Source: Lytechinus pictus (lineage: Eukaryota). Taken from it: 64,000 bases of DNA. Below the pieces are notes generated by a model. It ran no database searches and was not told the DNA's origin. It was given only the letters and a program-made list of their open reading frames with translations. Numbering within the stretch: the first letter of the stretch is position 1; the number at the start of each line of letters is the position of its first letter. The position numbers and the translations under genes were made by a program. Location of the stretch: contig NC_087249.1 in assembly GCF_037042905.1 (NCBI RefSeq), positions 10,604,001 to 10,668,000 on the forward strand. The letters run 5' to 3'. Shown in pieces: positions 24,878 to 37,661 of the stretch.

Positions 24878-27800
24878 CTCAAGCTTGGTTTTACAAATTT
24901 ATCGATTCGTTTGTTTTTTCTTTTCATTCAGTTATTCATTACTATGTTCGATCAGTCACTGCCATTAAACAATAAAGATATACCATCATGACTATGGTAC
25001 CATAAAACATTTTATCGCGAGAAAATTTATAAAGATTTGGATAAAAGACAGACAGATATAAGGTAAGAAATCTGAGTGCCATAAATACTTGAGCTGAGCT
25101 AGATTCATCACAAATGTGTCCAAATGAATCATTACTGATGCCACTTACATACTGTACGAAAATAAGGAATGTAAAATTATAGAACTTTCTACGAATTCAA
25201 GTTGGACCTCTCTTCACTTACACTATCAATTAATGCTTGATATATTCTGTTGTCGCCTTCCATCCATTCTATCCCACACGCTCATAAATTCACACACACT
25301 TACACACACACACACACTAACCCTCTTTCTCATGCACTCACCCTTGAAAGGAAAATATGTGGAAAATGTAGGTGAGTGCATTCCCTTCCTCACCTGTCTG
25401 TTGAACACATGCACCCACATCCTTACTTTTTCAGTTTTCCAAATATTGTTTATACCCTTATTCCCTCACGCATGCACCCCCCACACACGCACACATTATC
25501 CTCACATCCATTCTCAACCGCACACTTTTTTTTTTTTTTTTTTTTTTCTCTTGCTTTTTTTAGCCTTTATTCAGATACTATTACATTTTTCATGTACAAG
25601 GGTAATAAATCAAATACATGTATGCAAATTAAAGTGAAGTACACTTAATCAGCAATATAACATATGAAATAATATACATCTTGATATAAATTTTTCGAAC
25701 AAATATTATCATAACCCATAATACCAATAACAAAAACCTCGTAATTTCACATGTATTTACTGTATAATAATACCGTATTGTATGATGAAAAATCAAAAGT
25801 ACAGACTTTTTTTAAGTGAAGAGGTTATCCCATAATAAAAAAAAGTACTTATACATGTATATTCATTCCTCCAAATTTTGTAAGACAATACAGAAAAAAA
25901 AAGTCTCTATGTTTATTCTTAGAAAGTATACAATAATCTGAATAAAGATTTTGTATATAAAGCACACACGAAAACAAAACAAAACACAACATCAACAAAA
26001 TAAAACAAACAAAACCTTTTCCACACCCCAAACAAAATATTCTTTCTTTTTGGATCTACTCAAACATATATTTTGCTAACCATGGAGATAGGAACCCCCC
26101 CCCCCATCCCTGGCAGCAAGCACTCACATTCACACGCGGACATACCATTGCACACTCGCATTCACACGCGGACATACCATTACATACTCACAGCACCAGC
26201 AGACGCTTCACACCTGTTTGCATTCACTGCCTCATTCACCTTCAGTTCTTCCCATTTCTTTACATGCAAACTCAATTTGCCCGATTTTATAGCTAAGCAT
26301 TTTTCTTCCTCCCTACGTTCCGCAATATATTTTTGTATTTTATGGCAGGAAGGTACCTGACCATTAGTTCTGGATTGGAAAATGGCATATTTGATGAAAA
26401 AGATTTATACAGTTTACACAATTATTTCTATTCGTACTTCCAGATAATCCCAAATGTATATCTCTCCATTCTAAATCTCTTAATTCAGACATACAGAAAT
26501 ATTTAATGAAAAATTCCCATAAAGGAACTCCCACTCATCATCCCATGCACACACACTCTCTACCCCAATCTTGGCTACCTAATCACCGGGCTCGACCCAA
26601 CCTTGCACTATTTCATTACTTATCATACAGTCATATAGTGCGAAATGGGGAACAGCTTCTCGTCCCAATCGCTTGGACAGAATGGAGACCAGCGAACAGG
26701 TGTCCTGACTGGCGCCGGAATTTGTGGCAGCCAGGATGCATCATGATCCGTTCATTATCTCACCGTCCCCTCAATATTCATCAACAAGATGAATTTTTCT
26801 CATCTGAGGAAGCCAGAGGAAGAAAGAAAAAAAAGGACGATTTGAAAGAGTGTTGGAAATCACTGACATTACCTAGCTGAAAGCACCTATTTGAGCTTCG
26901 CGGATATAAATAAGATGGAACGTTGCTGAACTATGATCTTATACTAGAGTGACACTATTGTGATTTTTGTCAGTCTATGACGATTATGACTGATTTTAAT
27001 TACTATTATTATTTTCTAAAAATTATATAGAAATGTATTTTACGTGCTGCAGCTAACGATGTCACAATAATGAACAAAGTAGATAACTGTTTTATTGGAT
27101 TAGTTGCTTACTGGCAAAAAAAACGTAATTTTATTCAAAATGTGTATATGTCAATGACCCTCGACAGATTGTGATGACAAATCCCATCCCTCCATTATTT
27201 GCGCGTGCGTAGAACACAGATTCACACCTGCTGCTCCGATATGATTTTTTTTTTATCTTCTTTCTTTTTTTTTAAGTGCAGGATGCGAAGTCGTGCCTCA
27301 GCATTCGAGAAACAATCGATCATATTCGCATTTTCTTGAGAGCAATGGAGAAAACTACGAAATGCTGGATGGAATGACGGTGAGAAAGATAAAAGGGAAC
27401 TGTTTTCTGCGGAGGTGGAAAAGGGGGAAAGATAAATCAAGGCCTTGGCGGGAAAGATGCGCGCCACTTCGATCTATCCGCATCTTTTTAGCTTTCACGA
27501 CCACGGAAGATGGTGGAATTTGAGACCACTCTACTCGGTAGCCGCATCCAGCACTTGTCTGTATCGCACTTTTTTATTTTCTTCATTTTGGGTTCTCATC
27601 GCTTCGTCTCACCTCACGTAAAACAATGAAATTTAAGATCCGTTTACTCTCACTTTATTTCTCAATTTTTTTTTTGGTCAATACCTCTTTGTACTTTTGT
27701 TATCTTCAGTAGATCTGTAAATCGTATCGCCATTACCAATGCCTGTTATGTCTTGGAGTGTAATTGCGTAACCATTGGCTGACTTTCTCTCTGCCCCCTC

Positions 27801-28049
27801 TCAATATCTCTCGACATGATTTGTGTTTGCTTTGTTTTTACTAATTTCTTGTCCTTGTTCAGTTTAGTCTTGTTTGTTAATATGTTTCTACACCAGTATC
27901 TTCCACATATAGATTTTTGCAAATTATTTTTTCTCACCTACCTTCTATCCCCCCCCCCCTCTCTCTCTTTCTTTTTTCTTCTATGTTATTGGATGTTGTT
28001 CTTATTCTTATTCGTTTTATTCGTCGTATTCTTCCTCGTCTTCTACTAC

Positions 28050-28265
28050 TTGTACTTGTTATATTACTACTACTGCTACTACTAATATTACTAATACTAC
28101 TACTACTGCTGCTGCTACTAATACTACTACTACTGCTACTACTTCTACTACTACTACTACTTTACTATTGTTACTACTTCTTCTTTTTCTTCTACTACTA
28201 TTACTACTAATACTAATACTACTCCTACTACTACTACTACTCCTTCTTCTACTAGTGCTACTACT
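28050..28265. repeat. (CTA/TTA)n trinucleotide repeat
   Basis: tactactac runs; source of the poly-L/Y ORFs. Confidence 0.95.
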
Positions 28266-29554
28266 TCTCTTTTTTTGGTTGAGGTAATTTTTTTTAATCG
28301 TTCCTGTCTCTCTTACGCTTACCGCACTATATTCATCCACATCCCTGTCTATCTATTTCTCTCCATCTTTCTTTCATCTTCCCCTCCATCATCTTCGAAC
28401 CTCCCAGATTATCTTCCCCTCGTAAGTGCGCGCACGAGGTCCTCTTGCCCGTTTTGGCTCCATTTTAGGGGTATTAGTTTTCAGAGATGTGGCGGGTAGC
28501 TCTGGGTAATCGGATAGCCAACATGCTGGTCATGTCCACCTTCAACATTTCCTACATCTTCTACAAGACATAAACTACTTCATGGGCGGCTCCAGGATTG
28601 ACCAAGGGCAGGGGCAGTAGGATTCTCCAGAACAGTGAGTGGTCAGCCATCTCCATTTTAAAAATGAGTTTGGCACATTTCTTACTAAAAACTTTATAAA
28701 AAATCAAATGGAATACAATGATATTACGAAGAAAACAAAACGATACGAGTAAAATACTGACAATAAAAGTTCATGCAATAAAATATAGGTACCTAAAAGA
28801 GGTAGGGAACTAAATTCGCTCACAGGAGCGTTTCAATCTGTAAACTATATCACGACACTACACACCTTTTGTATCTCTTCTGAGTCCTTCAAAAGTCTCA
28901 TGAAAACCTTTCTGTTCACTTCCTAATTTCTTTATGCTCATTGAGCACTCTACAGAGCTGATTTGGCTCTTTAAAGGTCACATGTAGTAGTATTATCATT
29001 ATTATTTTTCTTATTATTATCATGTTAGTCTGGAAATAAGGATAAGAAAATATGATTATGAAGCAAATTGTATTGATTATAATTTTTGTCATGGGATTTC
29101 GATTCACAAACTTTGTTGGTTATCCTTCGTGACGATGAAAGAAGGGGGCAACTTATCTTATATCTTACCGATAAAGGGTATCACTGCCCCCTTCACCCCT
29201 TTTATCTCTCCTCCATGCTATCCCTGAGATAGAGAAGACAGTGGACGTGACAGCGAGGCGAGAAAGGGAAGAAGACCTCTGAGAAATCGTGACAAGTTCA
29301 GAAAAACAAGGATCGATGCACACTTGTTTATGTAAAACCGCGACTTCAAGCTCTCAGAGCGGATACGATTTTACGATGTTATGAAATTATAAGTCATTTT
29401 CATTACGATTTGAAACAGAAACATACCTCTAAATTCATGGTAATTTAAGGATCATTATTTTTTTAAAGATTACGAACACTAATGAGGAACGGGTATGAAA
29501 TTTGTATCCTCTTTAATGGAAATCTTAGATTGGACGTTCCTACTTTAAAAATTG

Positions 29555-29910
29555 TAATAATAATATTCCGCTTTTATATAGCGCTTAATACATCGGAACG
29601 ACGTCTCTAAGCGCTTTACAGACATATTATTACCCCGGTCATCGGATCCTTGCATACCCGCATACAATGCATGCACCTTCTCCACTCCCTGGGTAGCCTT
29701 CCAACAAGAGTTCCAAGACTCAATTGCTAGGCATACTACATATAGGCTTTCACATCCTACCGGGTACTCATTTAACACATGGGTGGAGAGTGGCAAAGCG
29801 TGGATTAACGCCTTGCAAAAGGACGCTAGGCCATAGTGGGATTCGAACACACGACCCTCTGATTACAAGCTATGAGTCAGAAGTCAGAACCGCTACACCA
29901 CGACGCTTCC
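29555..29910 (-). mobile_element. Near full-length tRNA-derived SINE
   Basis: On the minus strand: A-box TGGTGTAGCGG, B-box GTTCGAATCC (29839-29848), core, 3' body and (TAT)n tail. Confidence 0.9.
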
Positions 29911-31024
29911 ACATGTAGATTGGTTTATATTGAAATACACAATGATAATAAAGGGTAATAAGATAAGAACCGTCAAAGGAAGCAACCATTTTCAACAGTG
30001 TCTGAATACATGAAAAAAATTAAGAAAAAAAATCGAACAATAAATAAACAGGGCATTGGTAGAAAGGCAAATTAGTTCTTATTGTCCACATGTCCTATGA
30101 GTAACTTTTTATAGACCCTAATGCCACGACTGTTTTCGGAGAAAAATAAACGCACTATTCGAATATTGGTGATTTTAGTTGGAACTCGTGAACCTGCCCA
30201 CTTTTATTATTAGGGCGAGTGCTCATGTGAAAAAATAGTGGGTATATAGGCCTAATAATGAGAATCATTTATCGGAGACGAATCGAATGAATGCGAGGGT
30301 TCTTGACACATATACTGTCTACAGCGGCCGTGTTACGGTTTACAACGACGGTATTACGGCATTTCTACGATCGAGAATGGCCACTACAGTCATCTCACCC
30401 TCATTGTGTTGTCCGCCAAAGTGATCGTAGCTCTAACGTGGGTGATCTGAACTGAATACAACTATGAAAACACAGCGGAATATAATGCTATTCTGATTTA
30501 CGTGGAAGGCATATACATGGGTATATGAGAGGAGCGGTGTATATGAATTGAATAAAGGGACCACCAAAAATGAACATTCCCCCCCTTGCAAATCCTTGTT
30601 TATTATTACATATGTAGCGTGAGTGACGGATGGATCTTGACGCTTGAACCTTGGTAATATTACGCCAAGTTAGATTGTGACAAAAGTGTTCCTTTAACGC
30701 TTGAAGAAAGAGAGTGGGAGAGAGAGAGAGTTGTGTTTTTACCGCGATTTCTTAAATTTCATTTTTCTCAGGACACGTTTTGTCTGCTGGTCGACAATGA
30801 TGACACCAAAAAGTTTTGATAGTCATTTGTCTTAGAGCTAAAATCAAAGATTTCGTTCATTTTAGGAATCGTAACTGAAATATTGAGCAAAGGAAAGGGC
30901 AAAATCAACGATTTGAAATTGTGTTCGAGGGGTATCCCATCTTATTGAACAGGACATGACATGTTCTTTCCGTCAGGTCATAAAAACATGGCAAAACCAC
31001 AACTAAATTGTACTGGTAGATACA

Positions 31025-31233
31025 CACTGCAAAAACTCCGGTGTTGATTTAACACCAGCCCGGAATCTATATATGTCCACACCAGAGAAGTATTGAAACA
31101 ATTCTAATTGGTGTTGTATAAACACCTACCTGGTGTTAGATCAAAACGAAACTGGCGTTGTTTAACACTTCTCTGGTGTGGACATATATAGATTCCGGGC
31201 TGGTGTCAAATCAACAACGGAGTTTTTGCAGTG
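31025..31233. mobile_element. Palindromic MITE with CACTG...CAGTG termini (EnSpm/CACTA-like, 2-bp TSD)
   Basis: ~70-bp TIRs cactgcaaaaactccggtgttgatttaacaccagcccggaatctatatatgtccacaccagagaag; flanked CA/CA. Three copies in the window. Confidence 0.9.
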
Positions 31234-31884
31234 CATTGTGGTCTATTTCTTTGTTTTAACATGATACTAATCTGATATTACTCTGAAGGGCAAATGTAAC
31301 TAAAATCCAATCTGTAGTAGCATATTAATTTAACATTGCTAAACATTTGCGATGATGATGACGGTAATGATAATGATGATATTCATATCTTCCCTGAGTC
31401 AAACGACAGCATTGACAAGATATTAGAACATATATTTTGATTCAAATGTATTTAACCTTCTGATGTCTGGTTCGATATTGAGGAAAAAAACTCTACAAGC
31501 TTGATATTCTTTTTTTTCTCAGGACATTACCCAAAAAAGTAATTTCATATCATATCTTCACACATTCTTTCGCCTCATTATGTCAAATATACTGAACTAA
31601 TCTCAACGTACTTTGAAGTTTTCTCATTCGACATTGATTCAGAACGTACGTGTGTATCATACTTTCAGTACTTTCATTAAAGTTCTGCAATGGGCAAATT
31701 AGGGGTATAGAGAAAAGTTTTCCCATTACAAAATATGCACACTCGGTCTACTGTTTTTTTTTTATTAAGAAATTATTTACAGGTTGGTTATACAGGTCAG
31801 CTTAACATTACTGGAAGTTTACATTTAAAGAGATTGGGCATCCGGAGTGGCATTCCTACAATATTTCCCTTAATCTTTTTTTTT

Positions 31885-32150
31885 CAATTCTTTATTCCAT
31901 TTCCATTCAAAACATAATACAAAGTAACATAAAGTAATATAAATCAAGTACAATTTTACAGACGAGCATTCTTACTTCGTAAAACAAAATATAGTATAAT
32001 ATTGAGCATCGATGGAAATGAGGGGGTCCACTAAAAGCAAAGCTTGTAAAGTGTGGATCCCTCTTGGAAATGAAGAAAATATAGTCGACTTATTCATATA
32101 TGCGTATATATACAGGAAAGACAAAAGAGAGGGAACAAAAAGGTCGAAAT
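31885..32150 (-). mobile_element. LINE 3'-UTR remnant (L2/Crack-like)
   Basis: Stem-loop gagggggtccac...aagcaaagcttg...gtggatccctc (32020-32063) resembles the 3'-UTR motif of the LINE at 44778-44820; tttatt end motif near 31890. Confidence 0.5.
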
Positions 32151-32159
32151 CATATTGAT

Positions 32160-32510
32160 GTAAACATCATTACTGACCAAATGCAAAGCTACTCACACAA
32201 AGGGGTGTTATAGATCATTTCGCAGGTGTATACCATTGACCATTACGTATAACTTGAAAGCATATGGTAGCAAAGATGTTTTATCCAAATATTGCGAAGA
32301 AAACGATTCGATGGTACATATCTACCTTCGTGTATACAAAATACTGGTATTCTACAGGGATCTGTATTCGCACCACAGCTATTCTTGTTCTGCATTAATG
32401 AAAATACGACTTGACTAATTTGTCTAGTTATGATGTTTAATGAGACTTGAGACATTAGTATATTTGCTAAATGTTTACTTTATAATGCTGGAAAAACCCG
32501 TTTGATTGTT
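32160..32510 (+). pseudogene. Heavily decayed CR1/L2-type reverse transcriptase fragment
   Basis: 32346-32402 translates GILQGSVFAPQLFLFCINE (cf. RT motif GVPQGSVLGPLLFLIYIND); upstream NLKAYG in another frame (cf. KLKAYG); frameshifts and stops. Confidence 0.7.
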
Positions 32511-35500
32511 TATGCATTTTTGTCACAATAATCATCATTTTGCTCCGGTAATCAATAATGATGGTCTTTGTAATGAATATGGCATTGGTGAATTCAGGTA
32601 TCAAACCTTAACGACTGGTGCCGGGCAAACATTCTATTATTTACAAGAATGGCATAACACTTCCTTACTTTAAAAAAGAAGTACAATGGAATTTCAAGAT
32701 CCGTTTCCGAACCTATCTTTGCTAATTGTTCGACATGTTGTAAAGGTAAATAAAAAGTAATTCGCTGAAAGTTATTCCCAAGTTATAACCTGTATGTAGA
32801 AAATATTCAATTTCAAATCAAAATGCAAACTTTTGAACAAACATCTAGCAAGGAATATTGCAGCTTTTAATAAAAGAAGAGTGTTGAGTCTGTGTAAGAA
32901 AATTCCCAAGAAGACCTTTTATTCCGGAGAAATTGAGGCCGAAAGGGTTTGATTAAACACTACTTTTTCATTTTTGCCCCAGGATCAAAAGTCAGAATAA
33001 TCAAATATGGACAGAGCGTGAATACGTCTCATGAGAAAGCATTGATTGGATTGGACGACTGAATGAGGAGTATAAAAAAGGGTGAGGGGGAAAGAGGAAA
33101 GAATTAAATTGAATACAGGGAGGGAGAGAGAGAGAGAGACAGAGAAAGAAAAAAATGTGCGGGGAAATTTATACACAGTTATATGCGCGCGCGCGCGCGT
33201 GTGTGTGGGTGGGTGAGGGTGTGTGGGATTGTGCAGTTGCGTGGGGGAGTGAGTGTGAGAGAGTGAAAGACGGGACGGGATGGAATTAGAGGAACCCATA
33301 AAGATATGATTTGAACATTGATTTTAATTAAATTATTTACTATACATTTACATGAATAATTGCTTACATATATCAGTGAAATAATAAGTGCAAAATATGT
33401 GCAAAACAACAAAACATTATTTTGTAGCTAGTTTTGTTGTTGCAAACATTCAGGAATTTCCTTACATAAATAAGGATAAAATGACATGTTTCAAAAGAAA
33501 ACTGGTTGTTCTTAATATCTTCACAGTTTCCTTTTTCTCAATCATTTTAAATCTAACGACGGTCTTGGCTAGGGTTAATTAAGCACAGAGAAAATCGTTC
33601 ATGAAACAATTCAAAATGCAATGCAGCATTTCTGAAAACGCTGAAAATTTAGGTCTTTATTTATTTCATGTAGCTTAAAAGAAAGAATGCTACAATCTCT
33701 CTCTCCCTCGGTACAAAAAATGTCACAATGGTGAAGTTGTAGTCATGTTGTAACTGTAATACATCCTAACTTAAATTGTGTAGAAATTTACTTCAGAATT
33801 TTATACAATTCTGCAGACTTTTCATATTTGCAAAAGTAATCATTTTTTAGAGACGAAATATAAAGTTAACCACTCATTTTTATTACTATAATTACTCTTA
33901 TAATTTCATAGTCAATTATTTTTTAAAGATATCGCTTTAGGCCTACTCTAAAGTCAATATCATAACTCTTAGAGTGAAGCAATGATGAAGATGCCTCACC
34001 GCAGTGTTCCTGATGAGATTCTGACACTTAACATTCTTATTGTACCTTGTTTAAAATCAAAGGGCGTGATCGAGTTGTTAGGATGACGGTCTGTCTTGTC
34101 TTGTCTTGGAGGTGTTGCACCGAGCTATCTCCGGACTGTATGGAATGTTTTCTCTCCGACATACGGGATCGATCGCCTTGCGGGGAATGTTTTCGTCTCT
34201 CGGGATGGGAGAAAAAAGACAGAGAGAAGGGGAAAAAACCTCTGGAACCTTTCATAAACACATCGGCGAACATCAAGCAGGAACCGCGACTTGAAGAGGT
34301 GTGAAGGAGATTGTGGTAGTCATAGCGGAACGGACCTAGCCCTGTCCCCCGCGTCTCTGGGCGAGAGGGCATCCTAAAGCCTGGCGGCCAGCAGGAGAGG
34401 CCTAAATCCCTATGTTTACATTCGTGGGGATTGGGACTCCTGCCTGTCCTGCTATCTGGGTGACACTCGTAGGAATTCCTTCGCTTATGTTCCATTCTAA
34501 TTTCGAACGTGAGAAAATCTTCTAGGATGACTTTGATAATATGTGACACTATGTCGCGAGATTCCCAATAGGAATCCGAGTTTAAACACTTTGTTTCAGG
34601 CGAAAGAAAGGAGACAGAAATTGAGAAGCAACCTGGTAAGAAATGGATACAGTCTTCCATTTGCCTGACAGTTGAGCAAAAGCCGGTCATTTGATAAAAA
34701 AGAAATCGAACAATAATTAGTTTTTAAGAAATAGAATAATAACAATCTACGTGATAAGTATTTTAATGTCTAAATTGCTTCTTTCAATCAACTTTCAATT
34801 TTCTCATTGTTTTTTGTCGTTTCATTTTAACAGGGTCGCCCTTTCAGTTATAAAAACTGCTCGACCAAGGGGCCCTGTATCAACAGATGTCTATGTATAA
34901 TCATTATGTTAAAGGGTCATCTAATCACAAGGCTTGTTCCTTTCCTGCTGTTCCTCTCATGTTTAATCCAAGGTTTAGTTGTATTTATTGTTTTTCTACT
35001 TTGTGAATATGATTCTTTGTATATGTAATGTTTTTTATGGATTTCTATGAGCAAATAAATCGAAATTAAATAATTGAAATTGAGATAATATTACGACCAA
35101 GCAACAAGCTCTCAAATGTCCACATTAATGCATATGAAGATATTAGATAATAATACATGCTCAGATAATAACTAGGCCCATATATTAACCAATAATTGAA
35201 TAGAATTAAAGATGAAACACTGCTACAAAAGTGGAAACAAAAAATTAAATCAATACCAAGCACCCTTGAAACAATGTACAATGACCATAATGAATCATTT
35301 TGTAATCATCACACAACAATCATTGCTAACAACTTAATACTTAATTTCTCGGAATAATTAATGTAGGAGTCTATAAAACATTTAATCCCACTTCATTCTG
35401 TAAAAGTTGGCAACCCTACGAGTACCTCCTATCTCACCCCACCCCCCCTCCCGACCATCTCCCAGGGCCCTCCTAAACGTGATCGGGTAAAAGGCTCTCT

Positions 35501-35820
35501 TCATTAAGGTCCATGCTTTCAAGCCCACTTAGCATTTCCGTTCCCTAATGAAACCACAGTGGTTTTGAACTCGAGTTGATCCCCCAAAGATCTGGCAGCA
35601 AAGAGACACAAAAAGTCCTCATCAAAAAGGTTTTTAAAAATACGGTTGGGTACTGGACAATAGAGCAACATGATTTTTTTATCTTTAAAAATGAAAACCC
35701 CAAGATCGAGAAAAGTGTATTTCCGATACCATATGTAACACATACTTAAAGAATCTGACTAATAATTAAAACACTATTGCAATAGTTTCCTTGATTACCT
35801 TCACCCCTGTATCTTTTGTG

Positions 35821-36139
35821 CCCAGTAAGAAGAAAGGTGCAATTGTGCACCCTTTAGATGCACTAGCAGAGGTTCCATTTTGGTGCAATTTTGCACCCTA
35901 CAAAAGCTTTCTGCACTTTTAAAGGTGTAGTTAGCTACAGTTTCCATGACTTTAGGGTGCAGAGTTGTACCTTCATTGCAGGAATACATGCACCTTAAAA
36001 CGTTGGAATTTGCACCATTTAGTGTGTAAACGAACATTTTCAGGTGCAAACAGGAATGATGCAATTTTTTTCGCCCTAAGAAAGGTTGTTGCTAGTGTTA
36101 CAGTGAGGGTGCAGACTTTAACCCTTTCTTCTGACTGTG
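35821..36139. mobile_element. EnSpm-like MITE with internal TGCACC repeats
   Basis: TIRs cccagtaagaagaaagg / cctttcttctgactgtg (15/17 match), TG/TG flanks, many tgcacc/ggtgca units. Confidence 0.7.
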
Positions 36140-36231
36140 TGGGGCCGAGTAAGAAGAATATGAAACAAAATTGTGTTTCAAACTAACATAAGGTGTTCTT
36201 ATTGTTTAAAAATAAGGTATATACTGTATTC

Positions 36232-36287
36232 AAACACCCCGATAATAACCGGAGTATTGTGATACTCCGGTTAATATCGGGGTGTTT
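36232..36287. repeat. 56-bp hairpin (26-bp arms, one mismatch, 4-nt loop)
   Basis: aaacaccccgataataaccggagtat-tgtg-atactccggttaatatcggggtgttt. Confidence 0.9.
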
Positions 36288-37505
36288 ATTATCGCTCCCA
36301 TCCTGTCAAGGATGGGAGCGTTTTGTGGCCCTTCACATTTCGTGGTGTTTACATGTATATGCACTGATATTCGATATTCGTAGACGAGAGTTATCAGTTG
36401 TAATTGAAACGTTACCTAGTAACTCTTGTATTTGCCTAAATATGTTATATTGAAAAAAAAATCAGTTATCGTCATTTTAAGATACATTTTGAAATACGGA
36501 CCGATAAATTTCACGAACCTAGTAATTGAAGTTAAAGTTCTTATTCTTGAGATGTGCGGTAAAGCTTACTGCACAAATGATTAATTTTGTTTATTTGTAA
36601 TTTTGATTATTGAAAGACATTTGCGTTGAGGGTGACTGGTCGTTTAGTAATTATGCCCATGCAACAGATAAGTATGCCCATGCAATAAATCAATTTGTCC
36701 ATGATGAGCCCTTGACTTCATGCATAGCGTCACATCGGGTCATTTCGGGGGTCATATGAATGATATCAAAGGCGGAAAATGAATATAGTACGTACAGTTT
36801 CAATGTTGTTATGTCCCATGATGCATCTGACCTAGAAAAATGACGCATTTGTATATATCCCTGATGTATACAAAAAGACATGAGCCGAATAGAGAGTCAC
36901 TGAGACCTCTACGTCACCATTGCCAGGCATGGCCGCCCAAGCTGGCCTAGTCCCACCTCGGTCTATACCAGATGGTACGATAGGTGACATGCCTAGTCTG
37001 GGTCGAGAAAAACAAACACGGTGAGAAAGCGGAGGCCAACTCGCACAAACACGACCCAGCTAAAGACTGGCCTCCAGCTAAATTATGACTTTCAACAGTG
37101 ACCAGATTTTTGTGTTGATCTGCTTCCATAACTCCTTGTTTCGAGATGAAGGGATAGAACAGATGAAGAGAAAAGGACGGAGGACCTGAATAGAAAACAA
37201 AAAAGTGGAGTGAGATCTGGTGTGAGAAAAGCACTCGAGAGAGGGAACGTAGAGATATAGAGCGGGAGAGTGAACGAGAGAGATGGAGAAAGGTAATGTT
37301 CAAGTTAGAGAAGGAAAAAAGAGTTTCTTGGCGCAAGAGAAGCTGAGAGTGTGGGTGTTTGTGTGTGGGATGTGGGTGTGTTTAAAGGTTTGATGATGTG
37401 CGACGATATGTGTTGGAGAGAGGGCGCATGTCTCTGTGTGAGCGAGGGTATAGGCGTTGCTAGTAATTAGTAGTATCAGAGGTATACATGCCTGGTAGCT
37501 ATATA

Positions 37506-37661
37506 GGTCCAATTTCATAAAGATTTTGTTGTTAACTATAGTCATTTCAACTCCCATTGAAACCATGATTTTGATTGGTTGATGAAGCCTATTAATATGG
37601 TAGTTTAAACAATAAAAATGTCAAATTTACCATAACCTTTAAGTCTTCATGGAAAGGACCC
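37506..37661. mobile_element. Degenerate small MITE (Harbinger-like)
   Basis: Imperfect TIRs ggtccaatttcataaag / cttcatggaaaggaccc. Confidence 0.45.

Noticed and set aside
29820..29910. tRNA gene (also 23284, 44532 and 56822 B-boxes)
   Set aside because: A/B boxes continue into SINE cores and tails; I could not form a complete cloverleaf.
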